Source: an uncultured virus (IMG/VR IMGVR_UViG_3300044644_001243)
Lineage: Duplodnaviria > Heunggongvirae > Uroviricota > Caudoviricetes
IMG/VR virus record: IMGVR_UViG_3300044644_001243
Coordinates: 1-64,000 of that record
Length of the DNA: 64,000 nucleotides
Reading direction: 5' to 3' (one strand)
Shown: piece by piece, positions 9,056 to 20,500 of the stretch
Layout: each line of letters starts with the position of its first letter
Position numbering within the stretch: position 1 is the first letter of the stretch
Program-made: the position numbers and the translations under genes
Notes under the pieces: generated by a model
Seen by the model: the letters and a program-made list of their open reading frames with translations, nothing else
What the model was told of the DNA's origin: nothing
The model's database searches: none

Positions 9056-10894
9056 GTGATTGATATTAATGATTTAAAAAGCCATTCAGCCTTATCTTTA
9101 CTAGAAGGATATGAGGGTATAAATCCGTATATTAAAAAACTTAAAAACGAATTCATTAAGAATAAAAAGATTCAATTAACAGAGAATCAATCTAGATATA
9201 TCGTAGAGAATCACGATAAAGAACCACAATATATTAATAGAGTTATAGGTATTACACCTTATTTAGGGGAAGAACTTAAAAAGTTAGATGAGTTATCATT
9301 TATACCAGAAAAAGTTCTTATTGAATTTATATTAGCTGACACAGATAAAAGTTTTCACATATACGGTAAAATAAAACAAAATCAAAAGGAATCAAAAATG
9401 TATTGGTTACCAAAAACACAAGTAACTGATGACCCATATTTTGAACAGATACATGTTGATGTTGATTTTACTAAATACAATGATATTCTAAGCCAATACG
9501 GGAAAAGTTTATACAAACACCAAGAAGACGGAATTAAATTTCTATTATCTAGAAATGGTTGTATATTAGCCGATGACATGGGTTTAGGTAAATCGATGCA
9601 ATCAATCATCGCTGCAATAGAAAGTGGTGCTGATAAAATTCTTATCGTAACTACATCATCAACAAAAATAAACTGGGAACGTGAAATAAAAGTGTTCTGT
9701 AATGAAACCACAATCATTGATGGTAAAAAATGGGATTCTAGTAAATTCACAATAATAAACTTCGACATATTAAAGAATTTTCATACTTTAGAAACACCTA
9801 AAAAGAAAAAAGAGGGTGAAAAAGAACCTATCTTAATTAGAGATATGGTTAATGAAAAATTTGATTTATGTATTGTCGATGAAGCACATAACTTGAAAAA
9901 CAATGAAAGTATTAGAGGTAAAATCATGGTTGATGTATGCGTCAAGTATAATATACCAAAAGTATGGCTTCTTACTGGTACTCCAGTCGCAAATAGACCT
10001 ATGGACTTTTTTAATCTTTTAAAGATAATTAAGTCTCCTATCGCAGATAATTGGAAACACTATGCTGTAAGATACTGTGAAGGTAGACAGTTCTTTAGAA
10101 CGCTTAAAAATGGCCAAAGAAAGCAAATCTGGTTAACAGATGGTGCGTCAAATCTAGAAGAATTGTCAAACAAAACCAAAAACATCTTATTAAGACGTTT
10201 GAAAACAGACGCTATCGACATGCCAGACAAAATCGTTACTCCAATGTATCATCAATTAGATGCTAAAGGTTGGAGAATGTATGAACAATTATGGGATGAA
10301 TATGTTGAGCTTAAAAAGAAACAAGGTAAAAGAACTAACGAATCTCAAAAAGATTTGGTTGAACTTATTTTGTTAAGACAGTTTATCGCCAATGAAGCAA
10401 TTCAATACACTATTGAAATGGTTGAAAACGCTATTGAAATGGGTAGAAAAGTTATTATATTTACATCATTCTCAGATGAGTTAGAAACAATTGCAAATCA
10501 TTTTGGTAAAATTGCTGTAAGACACAATGGTCTTATGTCATCTACCAAAAAACAACATTCAGTTGACCAATTCCAAAACAATGACAAAATAAAAGTTTTT
10601 GTTGGAAACATCAAAAGTGCTGGTGTTGGTATTACATTGACTGAAGCAACCGTTGTTATATTTAATTCGTTTGATTGGGTGCCAGGTAACAATGAACAAG
10701 CTGAAGATAGAGCATATCGTATTGGTCAAAATAATGATGTAAACGTTTACTACCAATTGTTTGAGGATACTATCTCAACAAGAATGTGGGAAATGCTTAG
10801 AAATAAAAAAGATGTGATTTCAACTATTATGGGTGAAAAAACAAGAACAGAAGATGAAATAACTGCTTTATTAGCAGAACAATTAATAGATTAA
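9056..10894 (+). CDS. SNF2-family (SMARCAL1/HARP-like) helicase/translocase
   Basis: ILADDMGLGKS (motif I), VDEAH (II), LLTGTP (III), GVGITLT (V), QAEDRAYRIGQ (VI). Confidence 0.95.
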   Translation: MIDINDLKSHSALSLLEGYEGINPYIKKLKNEFIKNKKIQLTENQSRYIVENHDKEPQYINRVIGITPYLGEELKKLDELSFIPEKVLIEFILADTDKSFHIYGKIKQNQKESKMYWLPKTQVTDDPYFEQIHVDVDFTKYNDILSQYGKSLYKHQEDGIKFLLSRNGCILADDMGLGKSMQSIIAAIESGADKILIVTTSSTKINWEREIKVFCNETTIIDGKKWDSSKFTIINFDILKNFHTLETPKKKKEGEKEPILIRDMVNEKFDLCIVDEAHNLKNNESIRGKIMVDVCVKYNIPKVWLLTGTPVANRPMDFFNLLKIIKSPIADNWKHYAVRYCEGRQFFRTLKNGQRKQIWLTDGASNLEELSNKTKNILLRRLKTDAIDMPDKIVTPMYHQLDAKGWRMYEQLWDEYVELKKKQGKRTNESQKDLVELILLRQFIANEAIQYTIEMVENAIEMGRKVIIFTSFSDELETIANHFGKIAVRHNGLMSSTKKQHSVDQFQNNDKIKVFVGNIKSAGVGITLTEATVVIFNSFDWVPGNNEQAEDRAYRIGQNNDVNVYYQLFEDTISTRMWEMLRNKKDVISTIMGEKTRTEDEITALLAEQLID

Positions 10895-10899
10895 AAAAT

Positions 10900-11154
10900 A
10901 TGGTAACTATTTATGGATTTAATGGCTGTCCTTATTGTGCAGAATTAAAAGAAATTTTAACTAATGAAGGTATTGAATTTAGAGATGTCGATATTCAATT
11001 AGATGAAAATGTTGAAGAATTTGAAAAAGTAAGAAAAATTTCTAATGCTGATGAAGTTCCTATCGTTAAAGTTGGTAATCAATTATTGATTCCAAACGTT
11101 TCGTTTAAAAGTATTACAGAAGCTGCTGAATTAACAAAGAAATTTTTAGCATAA
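10900..11154 (+). CDS. glutaredoxin/NrdH-like redoxin
   Basis: CPYC active site, VP cis-proline motif, 84 aa. Confidence 0.9.
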   Translation: MVTIYGFNGCPYCAELKEILTNEGIEFRDVDIQLDENVEEFEKVRKISNADEVPIVKVGNQLLIPNVSFKSITEAAELTKKFLA

Positions 11155-11193
11155 TTGTGTTTATTCTCATATTTATAAGTAAATAAATAAATT

Positions 11194-12339
11194 ATGGGAG
11201 TTAGTTTAGAAGAAAAAGAAAAACTATTCAGACAGTTAAGACACTCATTGGGTGCCCCTACACGTCAAATTGAATTAACGGATGACCAATTATGTACGTT
11301 ATTAGAGATTTGTATTGAAGATTACGCACAATATGTTCAAGAATGGTTAATTGAACATCAATGGCAATCATTGATTGGTCAAAGTATAGACACATTGGAT
11401 ATGGCATTTGCGTTGAGTGTTAGAAATTTTGATTTCATGACACAATATACGTATGCTTACTCTAAACAAGTAGGTTTACAGACAAGAGGTCCATGGGAAC
11501 TTAAAAAAGATTTTGTTACGTTAGAATCTGGTAGACAAGTTTACCAAATTCCAGCTGGTCGTGAAATAAATGAAGTATTATGGATTACACCACCAGCAAC
11601 AAGCCAAGCGTTACTAGCTAACTATGGTGGTATTGACTACGGATTTGGTGGTGGATTCGCACAAATGGGTGGTGGTTTAGGTACTGGTGGTGCTGGTGGT
11701 GCTGCTCGTTCTGGTTATTACATAGCACCAGCATTTGATATTTTATTAACAGCTGCCGATATGAATTTAAAAAATCGTATTGTTAGAAGTGAATTGGTTC
11801 ATAAAATAACTGCTGGACCAGACGGAACAAAATTATTACATTTAATGAGCACCCCAGGTTCTAAATTATCATTTGGACAAGGTATCGGTGGTGTTGGTAG
11901 TTCTATTAATATGACTGGATGTCAAGTATGGTATTTTTATTACGACACTAACCCAGATAATGTTGACCAATGTAGACAAGACAATCCAGATATTATCAAA
12001 ATGCCTAATCAAGTCCCATTATCTAAATTAGATTATGCTGACTTTAACGAACCAACTAAAACACTTGTTCGTCAATTATTTATAGCTGAAGGTAAAAGAA
12101 CTTTAGGTAGAGTTAGAGGTAAATTTGGGGGTATTGTAGGTGTTGAAGGAGCTGAAAGAACTATGGATTATGATTCATTACTATCTGAAGGAAATGATGA
12201 GAAAAAAGCTGTGTTAGAAAGATTAGACGCTAGATTAGAAAGACTATCATCTACTAAACAATTAGAAAGAGGTGCTAATGAAGCTGAGAACTTAAATAAA
12301 GCAATGAAATTCAGACCTATGGGGTTCTGGGTATATTAA
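11194..12339 (+). CDS. neck / head-tail adaptor protein, T4 gp13-like
   Basis: N-terminal LGAP...IELTDDQL...LE.C.E.Y resembles the gp13 signature; C-terminal LG.VRGKF. Confidence 0.8.
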   Translation: MGVSLEEKEKLFRQLRHSLGAPTRQIELTDDQLCTLLEICIEDYAQYVQEWLIEHQWQSLIGQSIDTLDMAFALSVRNFDFMTQYTYAYSKQVGLQTRGPWELKKDFVTLESGRQVYQIPAGREINEVLWITPPATSQALLANYGGIDYGFGGGFAQMGGGLGTGGAGGAARSGYYIAPAFDILLTAADMNLKNRIVRSELVHKITAGPDGTKLLHLMSTPGSKLSFGQGIGGVGSSINMTGCQVWYFYYDTNPDNVDQCRQDNPDIIKMPNQVPLSKLDYADFNEPTKTLVRQLFIAEGKRTLGRVRGKFGGIVGVEGAERTMDYDSLLSEGNDEKKAVLERLDARLERLSSTKQLERGANEAENLNKAMKFRPMGFWVY

Positions 12340-12344
12340 AAAAG

Positions 12345-12370
12345 AAAAGGGGCTTAATCGCCCCTTTTTT
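12345..12370. terminator. bidirectional intrinsic terminator between the convergent neck and polymerase genes
   Basis: aaaaggggc-ttaatc-gcccctttttt. Confidence 0.85.
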
Positions 12371-12375
12371 ATTTA

Positions 12376-15300
12376 TTAGAATCCCCATTCATCTTCTGGT
12401 TCTTCTTGTTTAGTTTCTACTTGTAGTTCTGGTTCTTTATCCACACCATTCACACTAGCTAACATATCTAGATATTCTTCTGGCATTTCACCGAAAGTGT
12501 CATCATACTCATCATCTAATTGTAAATCTTCGTCATTTCTGATGATGTTACCATTTTCATCCTCTTCTAAGTCATCATCTTCATCTTCTTCGTTTTCCGA
12601 ATATTTTCTTTTAGGTTTGATAACTTCTGTATTTGCAGCAACAATAGACTCTAATTTTTTACTAACAGTTTGAATAATAGACTTAATTTCTTCTTCATGT
12701 ATTACTGGGTCAAAATCACATGGTGCTTCTTCATAATCAGAATAAGTATGTGTTTTACCAGTCATAACTTCACATTCTGCAATATAATCTAACCATTGTT
12801 CATATCTATTATCATCATTCTCATTACCAGTTATATTATAATATTTATCTCTTTCAGTAGCTTCTTTTTGATATTTAAACACATCTGTAATATGATAAAG
12901 TGGTTCACCCCATTTTCTAGAAATTAACATACCAGAACCTTCATCATCAATACCAACAATGTTTAGAATTTCAAGTCCTAAATCACCATTTTTTCTGATA
13001 CCAATTAAAGCACTTAATTCTAAATGTTTGAACATTTTATCTAAAAGTTCTTTTTCATGCTGAATACCTTCTTCTTTTGCTATTCTCATTCTTTCATGGT
13101 AATCAGCTCTTATTTCTTCCCATTCTTCCACTTCCATGTTATTTGGAACTTTATTAACCTTATCCCAGAATTTGATTTCTTTATCTTCCATTCTCATAAG
13201 GTCTTCATATGAATCTTGGTCGCTATCTTTAAATGGCATTCCAGAAACTAGTTCACATTCACCTTTTGTGAATATAACTCTTTCTTTTAATCGCTCAACA
13301 GCTTTTTTAGTAGTCTTGTCTTTTACTTTAACAATATCTAATAATATTTTTGAACGAACATCTGGATTAAAACAAACTAAAAGAGGTTTAACTTTCTTAT
13401 TAAATGCATCTAAATAACGAGCAACGTTATACTCATCAGTATATAGGTTGTTATCTATTTCTTGTATTCTTTTTTGAATGTTTTTATACTCTTCAGTGTC
13501 TTTTTCTTCATTCTCTTCCATCGCAACCAAAGCTTTTTTAAGCATTTCCATTTCTTTAATGTTCTCAAAATCACGTTCAACTGTATCTTGGTCGATAAGT
13601 TTACAATTTAACTCAACAACTTTATCAACTGGTGGGTAATGACCATTAGCTTCAAAAAATGCTTGTTTTTCTTTTTTGGTCATTTTGTTTTTATCAACAG
13701 TTTTTAAATCACCATGAGACTTTGCTGAACCAGTGTTAATATAATACATTACATCACCTAAATTAACATCCAAATTGCTTTGCATTATTAACTCCATGTG
13801 TGCTTGTTTAGGCATCGGATTACCAGCTTTATTCTTCGTTAAAGACTTCTTTTTGTATTCGTTGATGCTTGACTTCACTTTTGCTTTTGAAGCCATCTTA
13901 ACAAGCGGAATTTGATAATTATAAATCTTATCAACATATTCATGGTATAAGTTAATAAAACTATAACCATCACCATCCAATAACATTCTAATTCCTTTCC
14001 CTAAAAATTCTTCAATGTAAACTGACATCTTTTTAGATTTAACCGAGTTACCAACCAACTTAATCTTACCACCTATATCATTCGCATAGTTCTTACGAGC
14101 AAAGTTGATTGTTGAGTTACAAATATCATCGATATCTAGACCCATACGACCTTCCATGTAATTCTCATTGAATTCTGCCAATACAGCATCCAACCCAATT
14201 AATTCTTTCCCTCCATCATCAACAGTTTTCCAGTGTGAACCCTTAGCAACATATTTTATTTCATCAATGTTATCTGGAAAAGCAAAGTTGAAACCATCAG
14301 TATCACCTACAAGAGCTCTAAAACCATGTTTTTCAGTGAAGTGACGCACCATAAGACGTAAGTATTGACGACCACGACAAGTTGTTTCTTCCGCAGAGTC
14401 AGTATCACCCCAGTTAAAGATATATGGTGCACCATATGAACCAAACCATGAGTTAGCCAATATTTTAAGAGGTAACTGTTTCTTATCATAAATGTTAGCC
14501 AATGCTTTATGCTCAGCAATTTTTTGTTTTATTTCATTTAACTCTTCTTTACTCATAGCTGCAACTCTAGCTTGTATTTCAGCTATTTCTTCTGGGGTCA
14601 TTGTTTTAGGGTCTGGTTTAATCAGCATTTCAAGTTTCTTAGCTTTTTTCTTTTCAGTACCAGTCAAGAATTTAAACTTATCACGTGTATCAACAACGTA
14701 TGTTAACATTCCTTCCATCACACCAGAAATATCTAAGTCTGGGAAGATTAAGTGAGTTAACTGAATCTTAGGGTATAGTGCAGCAAAGTCTAACTTAACA
14801 ACACCTCTAGCATAACCAACTTCCAATAGACGAGATAAACCACCAGTAAAATCTCTTTTAGGTAACCCAGCTGGGATAGCTAATCCTCTTTCATAAGACC
14901 ATGCAGCCATGATAAGTTTCCATTGACCAGCAGTACCCATCGTAGAACTACGCATAAAAGTTGTAGGTAACATTTTAGCAATAAGGAAAGATGCTTGATT
15001 GAAAATATTATCAATCTGTTCAGTTTCCCATAAGTCATCACAAAGATATCTCTGAACAATATAATCACCTTTAACTATTCTGTAACCATCTTTTAATGGT
15101 TTTTTATCAGTAATTATATACCAATCACCATCAGTATTGTTAAATGCGTATTGGTTTACCTTATCAGCCCATGTTGTGTTTATTTTATCACCTGGAACAT
15201 AAACACGATTAGGTTTTGCAATTTCAGAATATTGAGTAATATACTTCAAACCCCAAGATTTAATCTCAGAGTTAATAGCCATTGCTCTACGTACAGCATG

Positions 15301-16242
15301 TGAAATATCCATGATGTTATAACCAAACATATGTGTTTGTTTATATCTTTCAGTTTCACCACCTAATTTAAGTGACGAATCTTTTCTTTTAATCTTAGAT
15401 AACCTATTAAGTGTAATAGCTAACTCTGTAATTGGAATAGATAAACGTTCAGCACGTTCAAATAAGAAAGGCCAGTCAAAGTTCTCAGAGTTATAACCAG
15501 TAATAATGTCTGGTTGAACTGCATCGATAATTTTAAAGAACTTCTCAATGTTTTCTCTCTCACTATTACGTTTATCAACAGAAGTAGAACCAATAGTTTC
15601 TAAAACACCTTCTAGTCCTTTGTTATCACGTACACCTATCTGAAAGATTGCATTTTTACTTGCAAACAATCCTTCAGTCTCTAAGTCAAATTGAAATCTA
15701 TGGACATCATCATAGTCATCCATTCCATTGAACAATCTTTTACCACTTTGGATAAGGTATTGTTCAGTAGGGCTAAACATAACAAAGAAACTTCTAAACA
15801 TTGGTGACTTATCATCATTTGGGTCAATGTGTTTATCACTAAATACATCTATACCACCCTCTTTAAAAAACTTTAAAAGGTTGTTGTAAGAATGTTTACA
15901 AGTAGCCATGTACTTATATCCATCTTCCATGCGTTCTGGTGTATAACCATCTTCGCTGCTAGTATTAAGTTTTGTGATTTTAATACCATAGTCACGACAA
16001 GCTTGCATGATTTTAAGGCGTTTACCGCCATAAATCATAGAAGTTACTTCTTCTTTAAACCATAAGAACGGTTTATAGGTATCATTGTATAAGTATTTAC
16101 CGCTTTCTGGGTCATTGACAACCAACGTAACTGTTGGTTCACTGTAGTTAGATTCTATAGCTACAATGTATTTTTCTGGGTTTGAACCTTGCAAAAAGGT
16201 TTCTATTTCCTCATTACTTACTTTTGTTTTTGTACTACTCAT
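12376..16242 (-). CDS. polB: family B DNA polymerase with long acidic C-terminal extension
   Basis: exonuclease FDLETEG, GYNSENFDWPF, YLCDD; polymerase DFAALYP, K...NSWFG, GDTDG. Confidence 0.95.
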   Translation of the reverse strand: MSSTKTKVSNEEIETFLQGSNPEKYIVAIESNYSEPTVTLVVNDPESGKYLYNDTYKPFLWFKEEVTSMIYGGKRLKIMQACRDYGIKITKLNTSSEDGYTPERMEDGYKYMATCKHSYNNLLKFFKEGGIDVFSDKHIDPNDDKSPMFRSFFVMFSPTEQYLIQSGKRLFNGMDDYDDVHRFQFDLETEGLFASKNAIFQIGVRDNKGLEGVLETIGSTSVDKRNSERENIEKFFKIIDAVQPDIITGYNSENFDWPFLFERAERLSIPITELAITLNRLSKIKRKDSSLKLGGETERYKQTHMFGYNIMDISHAVRRAMAINSEIKSWGLKYITQYSEIAKPNRVYVPGDKINTTWADKVNQYAFNNTDGDWYIITDKKPLKDGYRIVKGDYIVQRYLCDDLWETEQIDNIFNQASFLIAKMLPTTFMRSSTMGTAGQWKLIMAAWSYERGLAIPAGLPKRDFTGGLSRLLEVGYARGVVKLDFAALYPKIQLTHLIFPDLDISGVMEGMLTYVVDTRDKFKFLTGTEKKKAKKLEMLIKPDPKTMTPEEIAEIQARVAAMSKEELNEIKQKIAEHKALANIYDKKQLPLKILANSWFGSYGAPYIFNWGDTDSAEETTCRGRQYLRLMVRHFTEKHGFRALVGDTDGFNFAFPDNIDEIKYVAKGSHWKTVDDGGKELIGLDAVLAEFNENYMEGRMGLDIDDICNSTINFARKNYANDIGGKIKLVGNSVKSKKMSVYIEEFLGKGIRMLLDGDGYSFINLYHEYVDKIYNYQIPLVKMASKAKVKSSINEYKKKSLTKNKAGNPMPKQAHMELIMQSNLDVNLGDVMYYINTGSAKSHGDLKTVDKNKMTKKEKQAFFEANGHYPPVDKVVELNCKLIDQDTVERDFENIKEMEMLKKALVAMEENEEKDTEEYKNIQKRIQEIDNNLYTDEYNVARYLDAFNKKVKPLLVCFNPDVRSKILLDIVKVKDKTTKKAVERLKERVIFTKGECELVSGMPFKDSDQDSYEDLMRMEDKEIKFWDKVNKVPNNMEVEEWEEIRADYHERMRIAKEEGIQHEKELLDKMFKHLELSALIGIRKNGDLGLEILNIVGIDDEGSGMLISRKWGEPLYHITDVFKYQKEATERDKYYNITGNENDDNRYEQWLDYIAECEVMTGKTHTYSDYEEAPCDFDPVIHEEEIKSIIQTVSKKLESIVAANTEVIKPKRKYSENEEDEDDDLEEDENGNIIRNDEDLQLDDEYDDTFGEMPEEYLDMLASVNGVDKEPELQVETKQEEPEDEWGF

Positions 16243-16268
16243 AAATTATTTTTTCATTAATATACAAA

Positions 16269-16354
16269 CAAAAGTAATACAATTCAAGAAATAATACAAC
16301 ATTTTTTTTAACTTTGTACATTACAAAGTTACGAAATTAATTTCAGATTGTCAA
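16269..16354 (-). promoter_or_regulatory. host-RNAP promoter(s) for polB with Bacteroidota-type TAnnTTTG boxes
   Basis: minus strand TTGACA (16354-16349)-17 nt-TAACTTTG (16331-16324); second TACTTTTG at 16276-16269. Confidence 0.55.
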
Positions 16355-16355
16355 G

Positions 16356-16730
16356 TTATTTTTTAATTGACCCCTCTAAAACATTTATAAATAGTTCTTC
16401 TCTGATAGGAACAATAAGCGTTCCACTACCATCTAAAAATTCAATTTCAAATTGACCAATGTATCTACCACCAATAGACGTTTGTTTTGATGTAAATTGA
16501 TAAACTAAATAAAACTCATCACAATTACAGTCACCTTTAGGTAAAACTTGTTCAATAGACGCATTACTACATGCAACACGTTTAACACCAGTAACAACAT
16601 CAGACATAGTAAATGTTATATTAGCATTTTGGATTTTATCGTGAAATTTGTTAAAATCATTTCTACCATCCTTGATTAGTTCAAGTTTTAATTTTGGTAA
16701 TGTTGCGTTTTTATTAATATAGAATTCCAT
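16356..16730 (-). CDS. BppU N-terminal-like baseplate/fibre-attachment protein
   Basis: FYI.K..TLP.L...L, A.ITFTM, VYQF....T...G.Y.GQFEI.F.DG....VP pattern. Confidence 0.6.
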   Translation of the reverse strand: MEFYINKNATLPKLKLELIKDGRNDFNKFHDKIQNANITFTMSDVVTGVKRVACSNASIEQVLPKGDCNCDEFYLVYQFTSKQTSIGGRYIGQFEIEFLDGSGTLIVPIREELFINVLEGSIKK

Positions 16731-16747
16731 AATTATAAATATCTTTT

Positions 16748-17593
16748 TTAACCGATAAATCCATATTTAGATTTAAAATAATTCCACACAGTTGTTAAAC
16801 CAGCATTAGGTACAGCACCATCGTAGAGTAAAACCTCTGCAACATCTAAAGCAGTTGCTTGAGCAAATGTAGTACCATTATAACCACCAGCAATAGAAAA
16901 CTTACCGTTACTTGAAACAGTCTTCATTGTTTTATTAGAACCTACAGCAACTATTGTATCTCTAAGTGTTGACCCAGCATAAGCAGTAATAGTACCAGCA
17001 CTCATTCTAAACGTATAATAATAAAAATGGTCTTCATTAACACCACCACTACCCCATGGTATTTCAGCGGTTGTAACATTAAATGAATTATTATAATACC
17101 ATAACTGCATAAAATTTGGACCAGCATCAGCATCAACACCAAATCCCTCGCTTTCACTAGACCAAGCAGCGTTGTATTCAATTATAGGGTTACCAGCACT
17201 CCACGTTCTTAATGGGTTTTTTCTCATAACAAAAAACAATGTAAACCCAGTACTAATTGCTTGCAAACTAGCTGTTCTAGGTATTTCTAAACGTTCTGAA
17301 TTAATATCGGAAAATCTCATGAATGGGAATGAAGATGACGTACCACTAGGTGAGAATGTAGTTGCTGAATAAGTAGGTGAAGTCGAAGTGTTAGCAGTTA
17401 AATTATTACCATATATTGTTTGGTCTTGCCATAATCTAATATTAGTATTATTTAAAGTTGCTGCACTATATGGAAAACCATTAAAAACACCTTTTAAAGA
17501 ATCAACCCATAGAATAGCCTTGGCTGACCCAAAAACTGGTATCGGGTCACCAGAACTATATCCTTCTCTATAATTAAATGGTATGTTAAACAT
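16748..17593 (-). CDS. LamG/ConA-like virion protein
   Basis: LWVDS, W.DQT..GNNL, FTLFFV, VAEVLLYDGA...VWNYF..KYG. Confidence 0.65.
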   Translation of the reverse strand: MFNIPFNYREGYSSGDPIPVFGSAKAILWVDSLKGVFNGFPYSAATLNNTNIRLWQDQTIYGNNLTANTSTSPTYSATTFSPSGTSSSFPFMRFSDINSERLEIPRTASLQAISTGFTLFFVMRKNPLRTWSAGNPIIEYNAAWSSESEGFGVDADAGPNFMQLWYYNNSFNVTTAEIPWGSGGVNEDHFYYYTFRMSAGTITAYAGSTLRDTIVAVGSNKTMKTVSSNGKFSIAGGYNGTTFAQATALDVAEVLLYDGAVPNAGLTTVWNYFKSKYGFIG

Positions 17594-20500
17594 TATCTAA
17601 AATCTTTTGCTATTAGACCATACAAGTCTGTACCGTCACTTATAAATGTAAATATATCAACAGCATTTGATATTGATGTTAATATTGGTGCAATACCAGA
17701 TTGCCATTTGTACTGAGAACCCCAAGTTACCACTCTAGAACCAGTCGCATTTTGTTTAACAATCATAGTATAAACCGCACCATTCTTAACGTTAGTACCA
17801 TTTGCAATTGTTGTCGTTGCAGCTGATAATATAACATGTTGTATGTTGCTATTATTCCAGTTTGGTGTATGTGTAGCAGTTACAGTACCAGCAGTATAAA
17901 CTGGGTTATTTGCTTGACCAGTATAAGTTAAATTACCATTTATTGTTAAACCAGTCATTGTATTGATATTAACAGATAAATCACCACTAGATTGTTTAAC
18001 AGTTAAATTATTATTTAAATATGTAAACCCAGTCACAGATGTTGAACCAGTACTGAATCCAGTTACATTAAATGTACTACCACTATTATTAGTAAATATA
18101 GCTGTTCCAGTAAAATTACTATATGTACCTCCAGTTACAAACGTATCACTTGTTTTAAAACCAGTTACACTAAATGTACCACCAGTGTTATTTCTAAACG
18201 TAGCTGCACCAGCATTATAAGTACCACCAGTCACAAAAACATCTAGAGGTATCTGTCTAGTTCTAACAAAACCATCACCATTTCTAACTAACATTGTAGT
18301 TATTGAATTATCAGTTGTTGCAGACTGGACATTTAAATATGGTACATAAACCGTATCAGCACTTAACCCATTTATATAAGAACCACCAATAACCGCACTT
18401 CTAATACCAGTAACGGTAGATTCTGTAGACCATATAAAAGATAAATTACCAGTAGCAATTGTGTTATGACCACCAGCAAATGAATAATCACCAAACGATT
18501 CAGTATTTTGTCCAACCGACATTGAAGAAATACCTCTAGCCCACGTTGAATAACCAGCAGCAAATGAATTATCACCATCAGCCATTGTTGAATTGTTTAT
18601 CGCAACAGCATAATCACCATTTGCATCTAACCCAGTACTATTAATAGCCTTTATTGAACCAATACCAGTCGTACCAGAAGCCCATAATGTATCACCACCA
18701 GTTGAACCACTACTAGAACCACTAATACTACTTAAATTCCTATAAGCAATGTTATTATTAGCATCTAATGTTAAAAATCTAGTTGTAGTATTGTCATTAG
18801 CAGCATTTTTAATATTTAATCTTTGAACATAAACTGTATTGTTTGTTGAACCAGTTATATTTTCACCACCTAAAATAACAACGCCTATTTTACCGTATGG
18901 GATAACATTTTTATAACCACCTAAGATAAATGATAATTCAGAATTATTAATAGTGTTACCAGTACCACCAATAATAGCGTTGTAATATCTCGTAAATGCT
19001 GGATTGCTATCAGATAAAATACTGTTATCAGAACCACCAATAAGAGCAGAACCATCACTATCAGCCATTTCGTTTGAATTACCACCAATAATAGCTGCAA
19101 ATTTAGATGAAGTTATTGAGTGAAATTGTCCATTTAATATTGTTGATTGTTTACTATTACCACTAATAGAGTTTGTAAATCCATTAAAAATAACAGCTGT
19201 ATCACTATCTAAAATTTGGTTACCGTAACCATTAAGTATTGATGTATAATTAGGTTGATTTACTCCATCAACAGCTTGATAAATACTATTATTTGCACCA
19301 CCTAAAATGTTTGCATGTGATATACCATAACCATTAATATATGAATTTGAAGCGTTTATAATAGCATTGTTATTTGATTCTAAACCACCAGTATTATCAT
19401 TTATATAAGATTCATATGAACCAATAATTGTTGATGTATCTTGATTTGTAAGTGTAGAGTCAAAAGAGTTATATATACCGTTATATTGATTATCACCTAT
19501 GATAGTGTTTCCATTACCTCCAATAATAGCACTTGATTCATCAGAAACACCACCACCAGTTTGTATTTTGTTATTTGAACCACCAGCAATAAATCCATAT
19601 GCTGGACCATAATATGCAAATGCATCGATAAGGTTATTATAACCACCAATAACAGCTGAACTGTCCGCTTGTATTGTACCATTTTCAGTACCACCCAAAG
19701 CAACACCGTTAAACGTATCAATCAATAAATTAGCATCACCACCAAAAATACCAGAGTTAATACTTATACCAAATAATATATGACCATTACCACCCATTAT
19801 AACACCACTAGTAGAACCAGAATACATATAATGGTCTTTACCACCTAAAATAGCTGAATAATTAGCATATGTACCATAATTGCCAGTTCCAAATTGTCCA
19901 TTACCACTTACAAATTGATGGGCGAATGAAGAAATACCATCAGCTACAACATAATTAGAACCCACACCTTCACCACCAGCATGTGAACTATCACCACTTG
20001 CTAATGTACCAGTACCTTCAGCATGTGACATATCACCACTTGCAATTGTTCCGTTACCTTCAGCATGTGAAGCGATACCACTCGCAATAGTACTACCACC
20101 TTCAGCATGTGACGCTGAACCATATGCTTTAGTTAATTCACCTTCTGCATGTGATGTAGCACCAGTTGCCATAGACGACCAACCTTCAGCATGTGAATAA
20201 TCACCTCTTGCTATTGTATCGTTTCCTTCTGAATGTGACGCATAACCAAATGCTCTTGTTTGAAAACCCTCTGCATGTGAAGCAACACCTCCAGCAATAG
20301 TCTCAACACCAAATGTAGAAGAAGAGGCACCACTAGCAATAGTGTCAACACCAGTAGCTAAAGAAAATTGTCCACTAGCCAATGTTGCATGATTTATTGC
20401 TACAGCATTAGTTCCAGTTGCGTCTAACCCAGTAGTGTTAATAGCTTTTATTGAACCAACACCAGTTGAACCAGATGTCCAATATGAATCAGAACCACCA

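Noticed and set aside
12376..16242. Intein or intron in the long polymerase
   Set aside because: No C/S...HN splice junctions or LAGLIDADG motifs were seen; the extra length is helical inserts and an acidic tail.
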